DNA of 64,000 nucleotides from Betaproteobacteria bacterium. GTDB taxonomy: Bacteria > Pseudomonadota > Gammaproteobacteria > Burkholderiales > Eutrophovitaceae. Under the pieces are notes generated by a model. The model ran no database searches and was not told the DNA's origin. It worked only from the letters and a program-made list of their open reading frames with translations. The stretch spans positions 3,588,934 to 3,652,933 of the forward strand of contig CP070643.1 of assembly GCA_020354125.1 (NCBI GenBank), in the 5' to 3' direction. How positions within the stretch are numbered: position 1 is the first letter of the stretch; each line of letters opens with the position of its first letter. The position numbers and the translations under genes were made by a program. Shown one piece after another: positions 1 through 10,350 of this stretch.

Positions 1-25
1 GCCCTTATATAATTCAAGCTACACA

Positions 26-1906
26 ATGTCACAGATCCACATCCTTTCCGATCTCCTGATCAGCCAAATTGCGGCTGGCGAGGTGGTCGAGCGTCCGGCA
101 TCGGCATTGAAAGAGTTGCTGGAAAACAGCCTGGACGCCGGCGCCGACGAAATTTCCATTCAACTTCATGATGGCGGCATCAAACAGATTCGTGTTGCCG
201 ACAATGGCAGTGGAATCGGGCACGACGAACTGAAGCTGGCCCTGCAACGCCACGCTACCAGCAAGATTGACAGCTTGCAGGATCTGGAATCGGTCGCCAG
301 CCTCGGTTTCAGGGGTGAAGCGCTGGCTTCGATTGCCTCAGTATCGCATCTGTCTTTGATTAGCCGATCGGTCGGCGCCGAACACGGCTGGAAAGTGGAA
401 TCAGAAGGAGGACGTGTTTCCAGTGCCGAGCCCGCACCAATCGCACAGGGAACCGTGGTTGAAGTGCGCAATATCTACTTCAACACGCCGGCACGCCGCA
501 AGTTTTTGCGCACTCCGGCGACTGAGTTCGGACATGCCGAAGCAGCGTTCAAGCGCATTGCTCTGTCACGCCCCGATGTATGCCTGACGCTGGCGCATAA
601 CGGACGTGTCAAATGGCGGTTGCAAACGTCCACCGAGACCGGCCGCATCCGCGAACTGCTCGGCGAGAGTTTCGGCGAAAGCGCCATCGAAGTCGATACC
701 GGCGCCGGACCATTCCGGCTGCATGGACTAATCGCCCAGCCGGCGCATTCGCGCGCGTCGCGCGATGCGCAATATACGTTTGTGAATGGCCGGTTTGTGC
801 GCGACAGGGTGCTGGCGCACGCGATTCGCGAGGCTTACCACGACGTATTGCATCACGACCGGCATGCCGCGTATGTGCTGTTTCTCGAACTCGAGCCGGG
901 ACTGGTTGACGTCAACGTGCACCCGAGCAAAGTGGAGGTCCGCTTTCGCGAAGCACGCGCGATTCACCAATTCGTGTTCCACGCCCTGGAGAAAGCACTT
1001 TCGGCAACCAGGCCCGGCATGCCGGCGAGCAACGGCACAGGATTGCCGGCATCGGTTGCAGCGACGTCAGACAGGTCGAGTTCAACACCACTGCCGACGC
1101 TTGCAGGCACACCGCCTGCATCGACACCTTTTTCAAGCGGGTCTATTTCAAGCGGGTCTATTTCAAGCGGCACGGTGCAATCGGGCATTTCCTTCAGGCC
1201 CGGTCAGCCCGCCATGCCAATGCGTGCCGCCGAAGCTGAGAAGTTCTACTCAGTGCTATTCGCTGAGCCGCAAACTTCGCAGCCGGCCGGACAGCCCCAT
1301 CAGGCGTTGCCTGACGATGACGACCAACCACTCGGATTTGCACTGGCACAACTGGCCGGCATCTATATCCTGGCGCAGAACCGCGCCGGCCTCATTGTTG
1401 TCGACATGCACGCCGCACATGAGCGCATCGTCTATGAGTCACTGAAAGCAGCAATGGATTCGGATCGGATACCGACTCAGGCATTGCTCATTCCAACCAC
1501 CATGACGGCCAGCGAACTTGAAGTGGCAACGGTCGAGGAAAATCGCGAACTGCTCAACACGCTGGGCTTCGAGCTGGCGGTGATTGCGCCTAATGCCATA
1601 GCCATACGCTCTATTCCTACTTTGCTGCGCAATGCCGACGCCGCACATCTTGCGCATGAAACACTGCGCGAGATCGCCGAATATGGCGCAGGCCGTGTGC
1701 TGACAGAACGGCGCAACGAAATGCTGGCAACCATGGCTTGCCACGCAGCCGTCAGGGCAAACCGCCAGCTGACGATCGCGGAGATGAACGCCTTGCTGCG
1801 CGACATGGAAGCGACCGAGCGCTCAGGGCAATGCAACCATGGTCGCCCAACCTGGTTTCAAGTCACGCTCGCGGAGCTTGACCGCATGTTCATGCGCGGA
1901 CAATAG
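26..1906 (+). CDS. mutL: DNA mismatch repair protein MutL
   Basis: 626-aa ORF. N-terminal GHKL ATPase motifs (LLENSLDAGA, DNGSGI, GFRGEALASI). Conserved C-terminal region ending QCNHGRPTW. Ser/Gly/Pro-rich linker between them. Confidence 0.95.
   Translation: MSQIHILSDLLISQIAAGEVVERPASALKELLENSLDAGADEISIQLHDGGIKQIRVADNGSGIGHDELKLALQRHATSKIDSLQDLESVASLGFRGEALASIASVSHLSLISRSVGAEHGWKVESEGGRVSSAEPAPIAQGTVVEVRNIYFNTPARRKFLRTPATEFGHAEAAFKRIALSRPDVCLTLAHNGRVKWRLQTSTETGRIRELLGESFGESAIEVDTGAGPFRLHGLIAQPAHSRASRDAQYTFVNGRFVRDRVLAHAIREAYHDVLHHDRHAAYVLFLELEPGLVDVNVHPSKVEVRFREARAIHQFVFHALEKALSATRPGMPASNGTGLPASVAATSDRSSSTPLPTLAGTPPASTPFSSGSISSGSISSGTVQSGISFRPGQPAMPMRAAEAEKFYSVLFAEPQTSQPAGQPHQALPDDDDQPLGFALAQLAGIYILAQNRAGLIVVDMHAAHERIVYESLKAAMDSDRIPTQALLIPTTMTASELEVATVEENRELLNTLGFELAVIAPNAIAIRSIPTLLRNADAAHLAHETLREIAEYGAGRVLTERRNEMLATMACHAAVRANRQLTIAEMNALLRDMEATERSGQCNHGRPTWFQVTLAELDRMFMRGQ
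1131..1170 (+). repeat. In-frame 15-nt perfect tandem repeat (2.7 copies) in the mutL linker
   Basis: The unit tttcaagcgggtcta occurs at 1131-1145 and 1146-1160, with a partial copy at 1161-1170. It encodes SSGSISSGSISSG. Confidence 0.9.
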
Positions 1907-2200
1907 ATGAAAAACTACTGCGCGGACTTGATTCGGGCTCGCGCGATTCGATTAGAAACGGTGCTCGGCCGCCTTCGGCGGTCCGGCCCGGCGATCATAG
2001 TCGCCGGGCGCTGCGAGCGGGCGCGGCTGTGCCGCACCTGTTTCGCTCTCGCCCTCAGGTACTACCTCTGTGCACTCCGGTTCCTGCGCACTAGTTCGAT
2101 CAATACGGTGCGCACCCGACTGAAGCCCGCTCGCGACGTTTTTCAACAGGCTGTTACGGTGCGAGAGACAAGCGGCACTGAGTCTGGCTGAAGAAAAATC

Positions 2201-3184
2201 ATGGCGAAGCAAGTGAGGTCCGGCGCAACGGACGACGCGCAATTGCCGCCGGCAATTTTTCTGATGGGCCCAACGGCCAGCGGCAAAACCGCAGTAGCGC
2301 TCGAGCTCGCAGAGCACTTGCCGGTGGAGATCATCAGCGTCGATTCGGCGCAGGTGTATCGGCACATGAATATCGGCACAGCGAAGCCGGATCAATCGAC
2401 TCGGCTGCGTCATCCACATCACCTGATCGATATCATCGACCCTACCGAATCCTATTCAGCAGCGCAGTTTCGCGACGACGCTCTACAACTCATGGCCGAT
2501 ATCGCCGAGCGCGGGCGCATTCCGCTGCTGGTCGGCGGCACCATGCTCTATTTCAAGGCCTTGCGCGAAGGACTTAGTGATCTCCCATCGGCCGATGAAG
2601 CCATGCGCAACGTCATCGAAATGATGGCGCAGGAGGCGGGCTGGCCGGCACTGCACGCCGAACTCGAACGTATCGATCCGCAAGCGGCTGAACGAATCGA
2701 TGTCAACGACGTGCAACGCATTCAGCGCGCACTCGAAGTGCACTACCTGACCGGCAAAACCATGTCCGAGCTGATTGCCGAAAGCCCGCAACAGGGCCTG
2801 CCCTACCGGGTGATTGAAATTGCCTTGCTTCCATCTGAGCGCACCAGATTGCACGAGCACATCGCCACGCGTTTCGAGGAAATGCTCGAACTCGGCTTGC
2901 TATCCGAGGTTCGCGAGTTGCGCGAGAAGTTTGACCTATCAGCAGAGATGCCCTCAATGCGTTGCGTGGGCTATCGGCAGGTCTGGCAGTATCTGGAAGG
3001 CGAACTCAGCCTGGCAGCACTACGCCAGAAAGCGATCGCCGCGACGCGCCAACTTGCTAAACGACAGTTGACCTGGCTGCGCAGTATGGACGATGTCCTG
3101 GAGTTCGACTGCCTGCTCGAAGACTTGCCGCAACGGGTGCACGATAGCCTCGCGGCGCAACTTGCCGGCCGCAGCGGAAAATAG
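2201..3184 (+). CDS. miaA: tRNA dimethylallyltransferase MiaA
   Basis: 327-aa ORF with P-loop GPTASGKT and the [18 protein letters not shown] and GGTMLYF motifs. It lies downstream of mutL, as in many proteobacteria. Confidence 0.93.
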   Translation: MAKQVRSGATDDAQLPPAIFLMGPTASGKTAVALELAEHLPVEIISVDSAQVYRHMNIGTAKPDQSTRLRHPHHLIDIIDPTESYSAAQFRDDALQLMADIAERGRIPLLVGGTMLYFKALREGLSDLPSADEAMRNVIEMMAQEAGWPALHAELERIDPQAAERIDVNDVQRIQRALEVHYLTGKTMSELIAESPQQGLPYRVIEIALLPSERTRLHEHIATRFEEMLELGLLSEVRELREKFDLSAEMPSMRCVGYRQVWQYLEGELSLAALRQKAIAATRQLAKRQLTWLRSMDDVLEFDCLLEDLPQRVHDSLAAQLAGRSGK

Positions 3185-3186
3185 CT

Positions 3187-4527
3187 TCAGTCCTTGTTTT
3201 CTATCCTTGCGCCTGCCCGGCCACGCGCTAATCTCAGATCAACCGTCGCGCCGATTTCGAGTTCGGCTGAATCTCGCACGATCAGCCCGTCTTCCCGCGT
3301 CACAATGCTGTAGCCGCGCGACAGGACCGCCTCGGGATTGAGGTGATCCAGATGTGCCGTGAGCGCCTCGAGCACGCGACGCTTGTTGTCCAACAGACGA
3401 CGTCCGCCGTTTCTCAGTCGTAGTGCGAGATCCTCACAATGCCCACGCCATCGCGCAAGATCCGGCCGCTGTGAGCGCAGTTCTGAACGTAGCGCGTCCA
3501 GTCGCAGCAGCAAGCTAGTCTGCTGGCTTCGTTGTGCATGTAGCAACCTTGCAGCAAGATGCGACAGTTGATCGAGACGCGCCTCGATGCGCTGCCCGGG
3601 ATGCACCAGGCGCTTGCCCAGATAGTCGACACGCTGCATCTGATCCTCGATCAGTCTGCGCCCAGCCAGCGCCAGCGCATCCGCAGTATCCGACAGTTGC
3701 GCCAACAACTCTTCACGATCCGGTGTCGCCATGGCGGCAGCTGCTGTTGGGGTCGGCGCACGCACGTCGGCAACAAAATCGATCAACGTATAGTCGGTGT
3801 CGTGTCCGACGCCACACACCACCGGCATCGAACATTGCGCCACGGCACGTACCAGCGCCTCCGAGTTGAATTCCCACAGGTCTTCCATGCTGCCGCCGCC
3901 GCGACAGACAATGAGAACATCGACTTCAGCACGGGACGATGCGGTGCGAACCGCTTCCGCCAGTTTTTCGCCGGCACCCTCGCCCTGCACCGGCGCCGGG
4001 TAGAGCACCACGGGTATTGACGGCATGCGCCGGCGCAGCGTCGTCAATACGTCGCGCAAGGCAGCGGCTGCCGGCGAGGTGACGATGCCAACTACGCTGG
4101 GGAAGACGGGCAGCTCGCGTTTTCGCTCCTCATCGAACAAACCTTCTGCGGCGAGCTTCCGCCGCAGGCGCTCGAACGCTTCGTACAAGGCTCCGAGCCC
4201 GGCACGCCGCATGGTCTCGACACCTAGCTGGAATTCGCCGCGCGCCTCGTAGATCGTCGGCAACGCACAGACCTCCACCTGCGCACCGTTTTCTGGCGCG
4301 AATTCCAGGCGCGCGGCTTTGTGGCGAAACAACACACAGCGAACCTGGGCGCGTTCGTCCTTCAGCGAGAAATAACAGTGACCGGATGCCGCTCGCGTGA
4401 AATTGGATACTTCGCCTGACACCCAAAGTAGAGGCAGGCTACCCTCTACGATCTCCCGCGTTCGACGGTTGAGTTCGCTCACAGTGATAACCGGTGACTG
4501 ACGAGAAATTTCGTTCACCGACTGCAA
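3187..4527 (-). CDS. xseA: Exodeoxyribonuclease VII large subunit
   Basis: 446-aa ORF. N-terminal OB-fold (GEVSNF...GHCYFSLKD). Core motifs VGIVTSPAAAALRDV and CRGGGSMEDLWEFN. Convergent with miaA, with a 2-nt gap. Confidence 0.9.
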   Translation of the reverse strand: MQSVNEISRQSPVITVSELNRRTREIVEGSLPLLWVSGEVSNFTRAASGHCYFSLKDERAQVRCVLFRHKAARLEFAPENGAQVEVCALPTIYEARGEFQLGVETMRRAGLGALYEAFERLRRKLAAEGLFDEERKRELPVFPSVVGIVTSPAAAALRDVLTTLRRRMPSIPVVLYPAPVQGEGAGEKLAEAVRTASSRAEVDVLIVCRGGGSMEDLWEFNSEALVRAVAQCSMPVVCGVGHDTDYTLIDFVADVRAPTPTAAAAMATPDREELLAQLSDTADALALAGRRLIEDQMQRVDYLGKRLVHPGQRIEARLDQLSHLAARLLHAQRSQQTSLLLRLDALRSELRSQRPDLARWRGHCEDLALRLRNGGRRLLDNKRRVLEALTAHLDHLNPEAVLSRGYSIVTREDGLIVRDSAELEIGATVDLRLARGRAGARIENKD

Positions 4528-4803
4528 TTCAGGTTAGCCAATCAGACATTGATGCGAAGCATCTGACAAAAAACGAGAAAATATTTTGTGCAATCGACAA
4601 ATTCTAGTCTTGACAAACGCATCGAATTATTGCTCAAACGATCCACAACCGTCACTTCGCTGCAACATAACTACCCGCAAACCCGCATAAACACTGGGGG
4701 TCATAATTATCTATCTGTTTTAAAAACAATATTACGCTGATTAAAAAAGCGTCTCCCGACAAAAAACGTGTCGAAATGACAACTTAGGTTTCAACTTTAC
4801 AAA

Positions 4804-4838
4804 CTACCCACAAAGTTATCCACAACATCTGTGGAAAC
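4804..4838. promoter_or_regulatory. Cluster of DnaA-box-like 9-mers and a CCACA-N5-TGTGG palindrome (function unproven)
   Basis: Perfect TTATCCACA at 4816-4824. GTTTCCACA (8/9 match) on the minus strand at 4830-4838. CTACCCACA (7/9 match) at 4804-4812. All lie in the 437-nt AT-rich divergent xseA/exbB intergenic region. Confidence 0.3.
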
Positions 4839-4964
4839 AATTCCACCTTTTGAACGGCATTACTCAAGTGTGTCAACACTTGTTTTGCAGGAAGAATTTC
4901 CCTTGCCGCTCAGGATCGAGCAGTTTAAAGTGCGCGGTTTCGCAAAACGGGCTTAGGACATCGC

Positions 4965-5576
4965 GTGATCGATATCATTCAAGCTGCCGGATGGCCAATC
5001 TGGCCGATTATCTTGTGTTCGATCATTGCAATCGCCATCATCGGCGAGCGTTTTTACTCCCTGCGCCAGGATCTGGTCGCACCGCGCGACCTGTTACCAC
5101 GCGTTATTCAGGAATACCGCAAGTCCGGCGTCAGCGCCGACATGCTGTCGCGTGTTGCCGGCACCTCGCTGCTCGGCAAGGTGCTGGCAGCGGGCCTGAA
5201 GAACATCAAGAGTTCGCGTGAAATCGTCAAGGAGTCCATCGAGGAAGCCGGACGCGCCGCGGCGCATGAGTTGGACCGATTCCTCACCACGCTTGGCACG
5301 ATCGCAACGATGTCGCCGCTGCTGGGACTTCTCGGAACCATCATCGGCATGATCGAAATCTTCGGCGCATCGACACCGACTGGTATTACCGACCCCGCAC
5401 AGCTGGCCCACGGCATTTCGATCGCCCTGTACAACGCCGCATTCGGCATCATTGTCGCAGTACCAAGCTTGGTGTTTTATCGGCATTTCAGGGCACGCGC
5501 CGATTCTCTTGTAGTGGAAATGGAGCTGCAAGCGGTAAAGATGGTCGAGATCATTCACGGGGAGCGTACTGCCTGA
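4965..5576 (+). CDS. exbB: MotA/TolQ/ExbB-family proton channel protein (ExbB-like)
   Basis: 203-aa ORF with a GTG start. Three hydrophobic helices and the family signature region (LGLLGTIIGMI...ALYNAAFGIIVA). Confidence 0.85.
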   Translation: MIDIIQAAGWPIWPIILCSIIAIAIIGERFYSLRQDLVAPRDLLPRVIQEYRKSGVSADMLSRVAGTSLLGKVLAAGLKNIKSSREIVKESIEEAGRAAAHELDRFLTTLGTIATMSPLLGLLGTIIGMIEIFGASTPTGITDPAQLAHGISIALYNAAFGIIVAVPSLVFYRHFRARADSLVVEMELQAVKMVEIIHGERTA

Positions 5577-5588
5577 GGTGATGGTCAG

Positions 5589-6005
5589 ATGAACTTCCGA
5601 CGTGGCTCATTTCGTGAAGAACCGGAGATCAATCTGGTCCCGTTCATCGACATCCTGATCGTCATTGTTATTTTTCTTGCGGTCACTACCACTTACTCCA
5701 AGTATGCCGAGCTGAAAATCAATCTTCCGACAGCGGACGCTAATCAGGCCGAGCAACTGCCGGATCAGATCGATGTGGCCGTGTCCAGTGACGGTCAGTA
5801 CATGATCAACCGAAACCGCATTGTGTTTACCACGAACACTGCCTTCGCCGCCGAACTGCAGGCGGCCAGCGGCGGTAACCCGGATCCGGTAATCGTCATC
5901 AGTGCCGATGCCAACGCAAGCCATCAGTCCGTGATCAGCGTAATGGAAGCAGCGCGCATGGCTGGCTTCGGGCGTATCACCTTCACCACCCAGCAAACGC
6001 AGTAA
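5589..6005 (+). CDS. exbD: ExbD/TolR-family biopolymer transport protein
   Basis: 138-aa ORF starting 12 nt after exbB. Single N-terminal TM helix (EINLVPFIDILIVIVIFL) followed by a periplasmic domain. Confidence 0.85.
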   Translation: MNFRRGSFREEPEINLVPFIDILIVIVIFLAVTTTYSKYAELKINLPTADANQAEQLPDQIDVAVSSDGQYMINRNRIVFTTNTAFAAELQAASGGNPDPVIVISADANASHQSVISVMEAARMAGFGRITFTTQQTQ

Positions 6006-6057
6006 CGCAAACAATTCAAACGGGCCCGCAAGTCTTGGTGCCACCTCGCTGGCGTGT

Positions 6058-7110
6058 ATGCCCGTTGCCGTCAGGCACCCTGTTAAGCTACCTGTGTGTA
6101 TCGGTTCGGTCCTAGACGTGCATCTATTGGAAAAACACTGGCAGCGCATCACGCTGGTAACGATTGCCTTGCTGCCGCTCTCAGTTCTTTTCGCAGTTCT
6201 ATCCTGGCTACGCCGGACAGCCTATGCCAGCGGTCTGCTTCGCCGCGTGCGCTTGCCGTTGCCGGTCGTCGTTGTTGGCAACCTGAGCGTCGGTGGCACC
6301 GGCAAGACGCCGGTCGTCGTCTGGCTGGTAGACGCACTGCGCAGGCGCGGATTCAGACCAGGCGTGGTCAGCCGCGGTTACCGCGGAGCTGAAGAGGTGA
6401 CCGCCGTCGCAGCCGACACCTCTCCGGAGATTGGCGGTGACGAAGCCGTTCTAATCGCCAGGCGTGCACAATGTCCAGTATGGGTCGGGCGCGATCGTAG
6501 CGCGGCAGCGCTGCAGTTGATCGCCGCAAATCCGGATGTGAATGTAATCGTATCCGACGACGGTCTGCAACATTACCGGCTGCAGCGTGATTGCGAGCTG
6601 GTGGTGATCAACGCGCGGCAGCGATTCGGTAACCGGCTGCTGTTGCCGGCCGGACCATTGCGTGAACCGGTGAGCAGGCTGCGTACGGTTGACGCGGTTA
6701 TTGTCAACGGCGCCAGCATGCCTGATCTGCCTAACGAAACCTTCGACATGCGACTGGAGGGCGACGCGTTCTGCAATCTCGTCGATCCGGCAAGGACCGC
6801 GTCGCCGAGCGACTTCGAAGGGTTGCGCCTGCATGCGGTTGCGGGTATCGGTGATCCGGAGCGCTTCTTCAGCCATCTGCGCCGGCTGGGTTTGTCATTC
6901 ACAGCGCATCCGTTCCCCGATCACCACGCTTTTCGCCTGCAGGATCTCGACTTTTCAGATGCCGATGCAGTGCTCATGACGCAGAAGGATGCGATAAAAT
7001 GCGCACGCTTCGCATGTAAAAACTGGTGGGCGCTGCCGGTCGAGGCCCGTATCGACGACGCGCTCACCGATCTGGTCATCCGCAAGATTGGCTCTGACAT
7101 TGGACACTAA
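6058..7110 (+). CDS. lpxK: Tetraacyldisaccharide 4'-kinase LpxK
   Basis: P-loop [12 protein letters not shown] and the SRGY motif. The family-typical N-terminus suggests the true start is the in-frame GTG at 6118 or TTG at 6127, not 6058. Confidence 0.9.
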   Translation: MPVAVRHPVKLPVCIGSVLDVHLLEKHWQRITLVTIALLPLSVLFAVLSWLRRTAYASGLLRRVRLPLPVVVVGNLSVGGTGKTPVVVWLVDALRRRGFRPGVVSRGYRGAEEVTAVAADTSPEIGGDEAVLIARRAQCPVWVGRDRSAAALQLIAANPDVNVIVSDDGLQHYRLQRDCELVVINARQRFGNRLLLPAGPLREPVSRLRTVDAVIVNGASMPDLPNETFDMRLEGDAFCNLVDPARTASPSDFEGLRLHAVAGIGDPERFFSHLRRLGLSFTAHPFPDHHAFRLQDLDFSDADAVLMTQKDAIKCARFACKNWWALPVEARIDDALTDLVIRKIGSDIGH

Positions 7111-7279
7111 GTTACTGGACGTTCTGGTCTGCCCGCTGTGCAAGGGCCCGCTTGTTTACCGAAAAAGCCAGGCGGAACTTATCTGCAGTCCGTGCCGGCT
7201 GGCTTACCCAATTCGCGATGACATTCCAGTGATGCTGGAAGAAGAAGCGCGCAAGCTGGCTGCCGAAGAGGAAGTGTGA
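7088..7279 (+). CDS. ycaR: Trm112-like zinc-ribbon protein (UPF0434/YcaR)
   Basis: 63-aa ORF with CPLC...CSPC cysteines and a [12 protein letters not shown] tail. It closely resembles E. coli YcaR. It overlaps the lpxK 3' end by 23 nt. Confidence 0.8.
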   Translation: MALTLDTKLLDVLVCPLCKGPLVYRKSQAELICSPCRLAYPIRDDIPVMLEEEARKLAAEEEV

Positions 7280-7343
7280 CGCTATCGGCGTCGCGAAGCG
7301 CAGCGCGTCTGCCAACAAATCTGACAGGCGGTCACCAGATTAA

Positions 7344-8108
7344 ATGACATCTTTCGTGGTCGTTATTCCCGCTCGCTACGCTTCGACGCGCTTCCCCGGC
7401 AAGCCACTGGCCGAACTGGATGGCAAGCCGATGGTAGCGCACGTGGTCGATCGCGCGCGCGAATCGGGCGCCGACGAAGTTATCGTCGCCACCGATGACA
7501 AACGAATCGCTAGTGCCGTCTCGGCTAGCGGATGTGCGGTCGCGATGACCCGCGCCGATCACTCCACAGGTACTGACCGTATCGCCGAGGTCGTCAAACA
7601 ACGTGGCTGGAACGATGGCACGATCGTCGTCAACGCTCAAGGTGACGAACCACTGATGCCGCCGGAAATGATCAGCGCCGTGGCAAGCAAGCTGGCCGAA
7701 TCTCCGGACGCGGCAATTGCAACCGCATGTCACCCGATCAGCGAAGTAGCGGAATTCATGGATACCAACGCCGTGAAGGTGGTGTTCGACCAGAGTGGCT
7801 ATGCACTTTATTTTTCGCGCGCACCGATACCGTGGCCACGCGATGCTTTTGCAGCCGGCAAATCAAAGCTGCCGCCTGAATTCCCGGCATATCGCCATGT
7901 TGGCATTTACGCTTATCGCTGTTCTTTCCTGCGCACTTACGCCGAGCTTGCGCCGGCAGTATTGGAAAGATTTGAATCCCTCGAGCAGTTGCGAGCGCTG
8001 GCAAACGGCTATCGGATCGCGGTAAGCGTTGCGGCTCAGGCGCCACCACCGGGAATCGATACACCCGAGGATCTGGAGCGCGCGCGAGAGCAAATTGCGA
8101 AGATATAA
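7344..8108 (+). CDS. kdsB: 3-deoxy-manno-octulosonate cytidylyltransferase (CMP-KDO synthetase)
   Basis: 254-aa ORF with the N-terminal VVIPARYASTRFPGKPL nucleotidyltransferase motif and NAQGDEPLM. Conserved lpxK-ycaR-kdsB order. Confidence 0.93.
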   Translation: MTSFVVVIPARYASTRFPGKPLAELDGKPMVAHVVDRARESGADEVIVATDDKRIASAVSASGCAVAMTRADHSTGTDRIAEVVKQRGWNDGTIVVNAQGDEPLMPPEMISAVASKLAESPDAAIATACHPISEVAEFMDTNAVKVVFDQSGYALYFSRAPIPWPRDAFAAGKSKLPPEFPAYRHVGIYAYRCSFLRTYAELAPAVLERFESLEQLRALANGYRIAVSVAAQAPPPGIDTPEDLERAREQIAKI

Positions 8109-8152
8109 TTTGGTGATTGAGCCACTGAGCGATCACCCAACAAGACCCATGA

Positions 8153-8839
<687 letters not shown>

Positions 8840-8929
8840 TTGATGGAGTAACAGTTCCATTTAAACCGGTTCTGATTAGATGCGGTTCGAGACACGTGCT
8901 TCAATAGAACAACTTATTCAGGAGGAGTA

Positions 8930-10192
8930 ATGCCAGCAAAGAACGCGTTCTACGCCCAGTCAGGTGGCGTGACAGCCGTCATCAATGCCTCTGCCGCAGG
9001 TGTAATCGAAACGGCGCGCAAGAACAAGAGCAAGATCGCAAATGTTTACGCGGGACGCAACGGCATTATCGGTGCACTCACCGAGGATCTGATCAATACC
9101 AGCAAGGAATCGGCATCTGCAATCGCCGCCCTCAAACACACGCCGGCCGGAGCGTTCGGTTCGTGTCGTTACAAGCTCAAGAGCCTGGAGGAAGATCGCG
9201 CCCAGTACGAGCGGCTCATAGAAGTATTCCGTGCGCATAACATCGGTTACTTCTTCTATAACGGCGGCGGCGACTCCGCTGATACCTGTCTCAAGGTATC
9301 GCAGATATCCGAATCATTGGGCTTCCCGATACAGGCGATTCATGTTCCCAAGACGGTCGACAATGACTTGCCCATCACCGATTGTTGCCCGGGGTTCGGG
9401 TCGGTGGCGAAATACGTTGCCGTCTCCACGCGCGAAGCCAGTCTCGACGTGGCATCGATGGCGAAAACCTCAACAAAGGTGTTCGTGCTCGAAGTCATGG
9501 GACGTCATGCCGGATGGATCGCCGCGGCAGGCGGCCTGGCCGCGGAGCAAGATGGCACTCTGCCAATCGTCATTCTGTTTCCGGAGGTGGTATTCGACCG
9601 GAAGAAATTCACCGACCGGGTTGCAGCCATGGTCAAGAAGTTCGGCTACTGCTCAGTCGTCGTTTCGGAAGGCGTGAAGGGGCCTGACGGGAAATTTCTG
9701 TCGGATCAGGGGCTGCGAGACGCTTTTGGTCATGCGCAACTCGGTGGCGTGGCACCGGTTGTCGCCAGCATCGTCAAGCAAGAACTGAATCTCAAATACC
9801 ACTGGAGCGTTGCCGATTACTTGCAGCGTGCAGCGCGCCACATCGCATCCAAGACCGATGTGGACCACGCTTATGCCGTAGGCAAAGCCGCTGTCCAGAT
9901 GGCGTTGAAGGGACACAACGCCGTGATGGCGAGTATTGAGCGAAAGTCAGACAAGCCATACCGCTGGTCGATCGGCATGGCTGATTTGCGCAAGGTCGCC
10001 AACGTCGAGAAGAAAATGCCGGCAAGCTACATCAGCCGTGATGGCTTTGGCATTACCGCCCGATGCCGACAGTATTTGACGCCGCTGATCAAAGGCGAGT
10101 CTTACCCGCCCTACCGCAATGGCCTGCCACAATATGTGACGCTGAAAAACGTGGCGGTACCAAAAAAGCTGCGCGACAGTTTCGCAATTTGA
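8930..10192 (+). CDS. pfp: Phosphofructokinase, probably pyrophosphate-dependent (PPi-PFK)
   Basis: 420-aa PFK-family ORF with GGGDSADT, MGRHAGW and PKTVDND motifs. The Lys in PKTVDND sits at the position that is Gly in ATP-dependent PfkA and is characteristic of PPi enzymes. AGGAGG RBS upstream. Confidence 0.8.
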   Translation: MPAKNAFYAQSGGVTAVINASAAGVIETARKNKSKIANVYAGRNGIIGALTEDLINTSKESASAIAALKHTPAGAFGSCRYKLKSLEEDRAQYERLIEVFRAHNIGYFFYNGGGDSADTCLKVSQISESLGFPIQAIHVPKTVDNDLPITDCCPGFGSVAKYVAVSTREASLDVASMAKTSTKVFVLEVMGRHAGWIAAAGGLAAEQDGTLPIVILFPEVVFDRKKFTDRVAAMVKKFGYCSVVVSEGVKGPDGKFLSDQGLRDAFGHAQLGGVAPVVASIVKQELNLKYHWSVADYLQRAARHIASKTDVDHAYAVGKAAVQMALKGHNAVMASIERKSDKPYRWSIGMADLRKVANVEKKMPASYISRDGFGITARCRQYLTPLIKGESYPPYRNGLPQYVTLKNVAVPKKLRDSFAI

Positions 10193-10350
10193 AAGCGAAC
10201 ATTTAAGCGTCTAAATTTTTGAGCAAAATTCGGGTACAATCGCGCGCTGTCTCGCCGCCGCGCCCTCCTGCCCGGGCATGCCGGCGGAATTTCGGAGTTC
10301 GGGCCAAGGGTCGGCCCATCTCGGTCTTTCAATAACTTAGGGGGGACTTC

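Noticed and set aside
1907-2191. 94-aa ORF filling the 295-nt mutL-miaA gap
   Set aside because: The translation is Arg/Cys/Leu-rich, with no RBS and no recognisable family. The gap is noted but I cannot support a gene in it.
4698-4720. AT-rich segment (tcataattatctatctg) upstream of exbB, considered as a Fur box
   Set aside because: It matches the 19-bp Fur consensus only partially. This exbBD pair sits in the lpxK-kdsB envelope cluster, not in an iron-uptake context.
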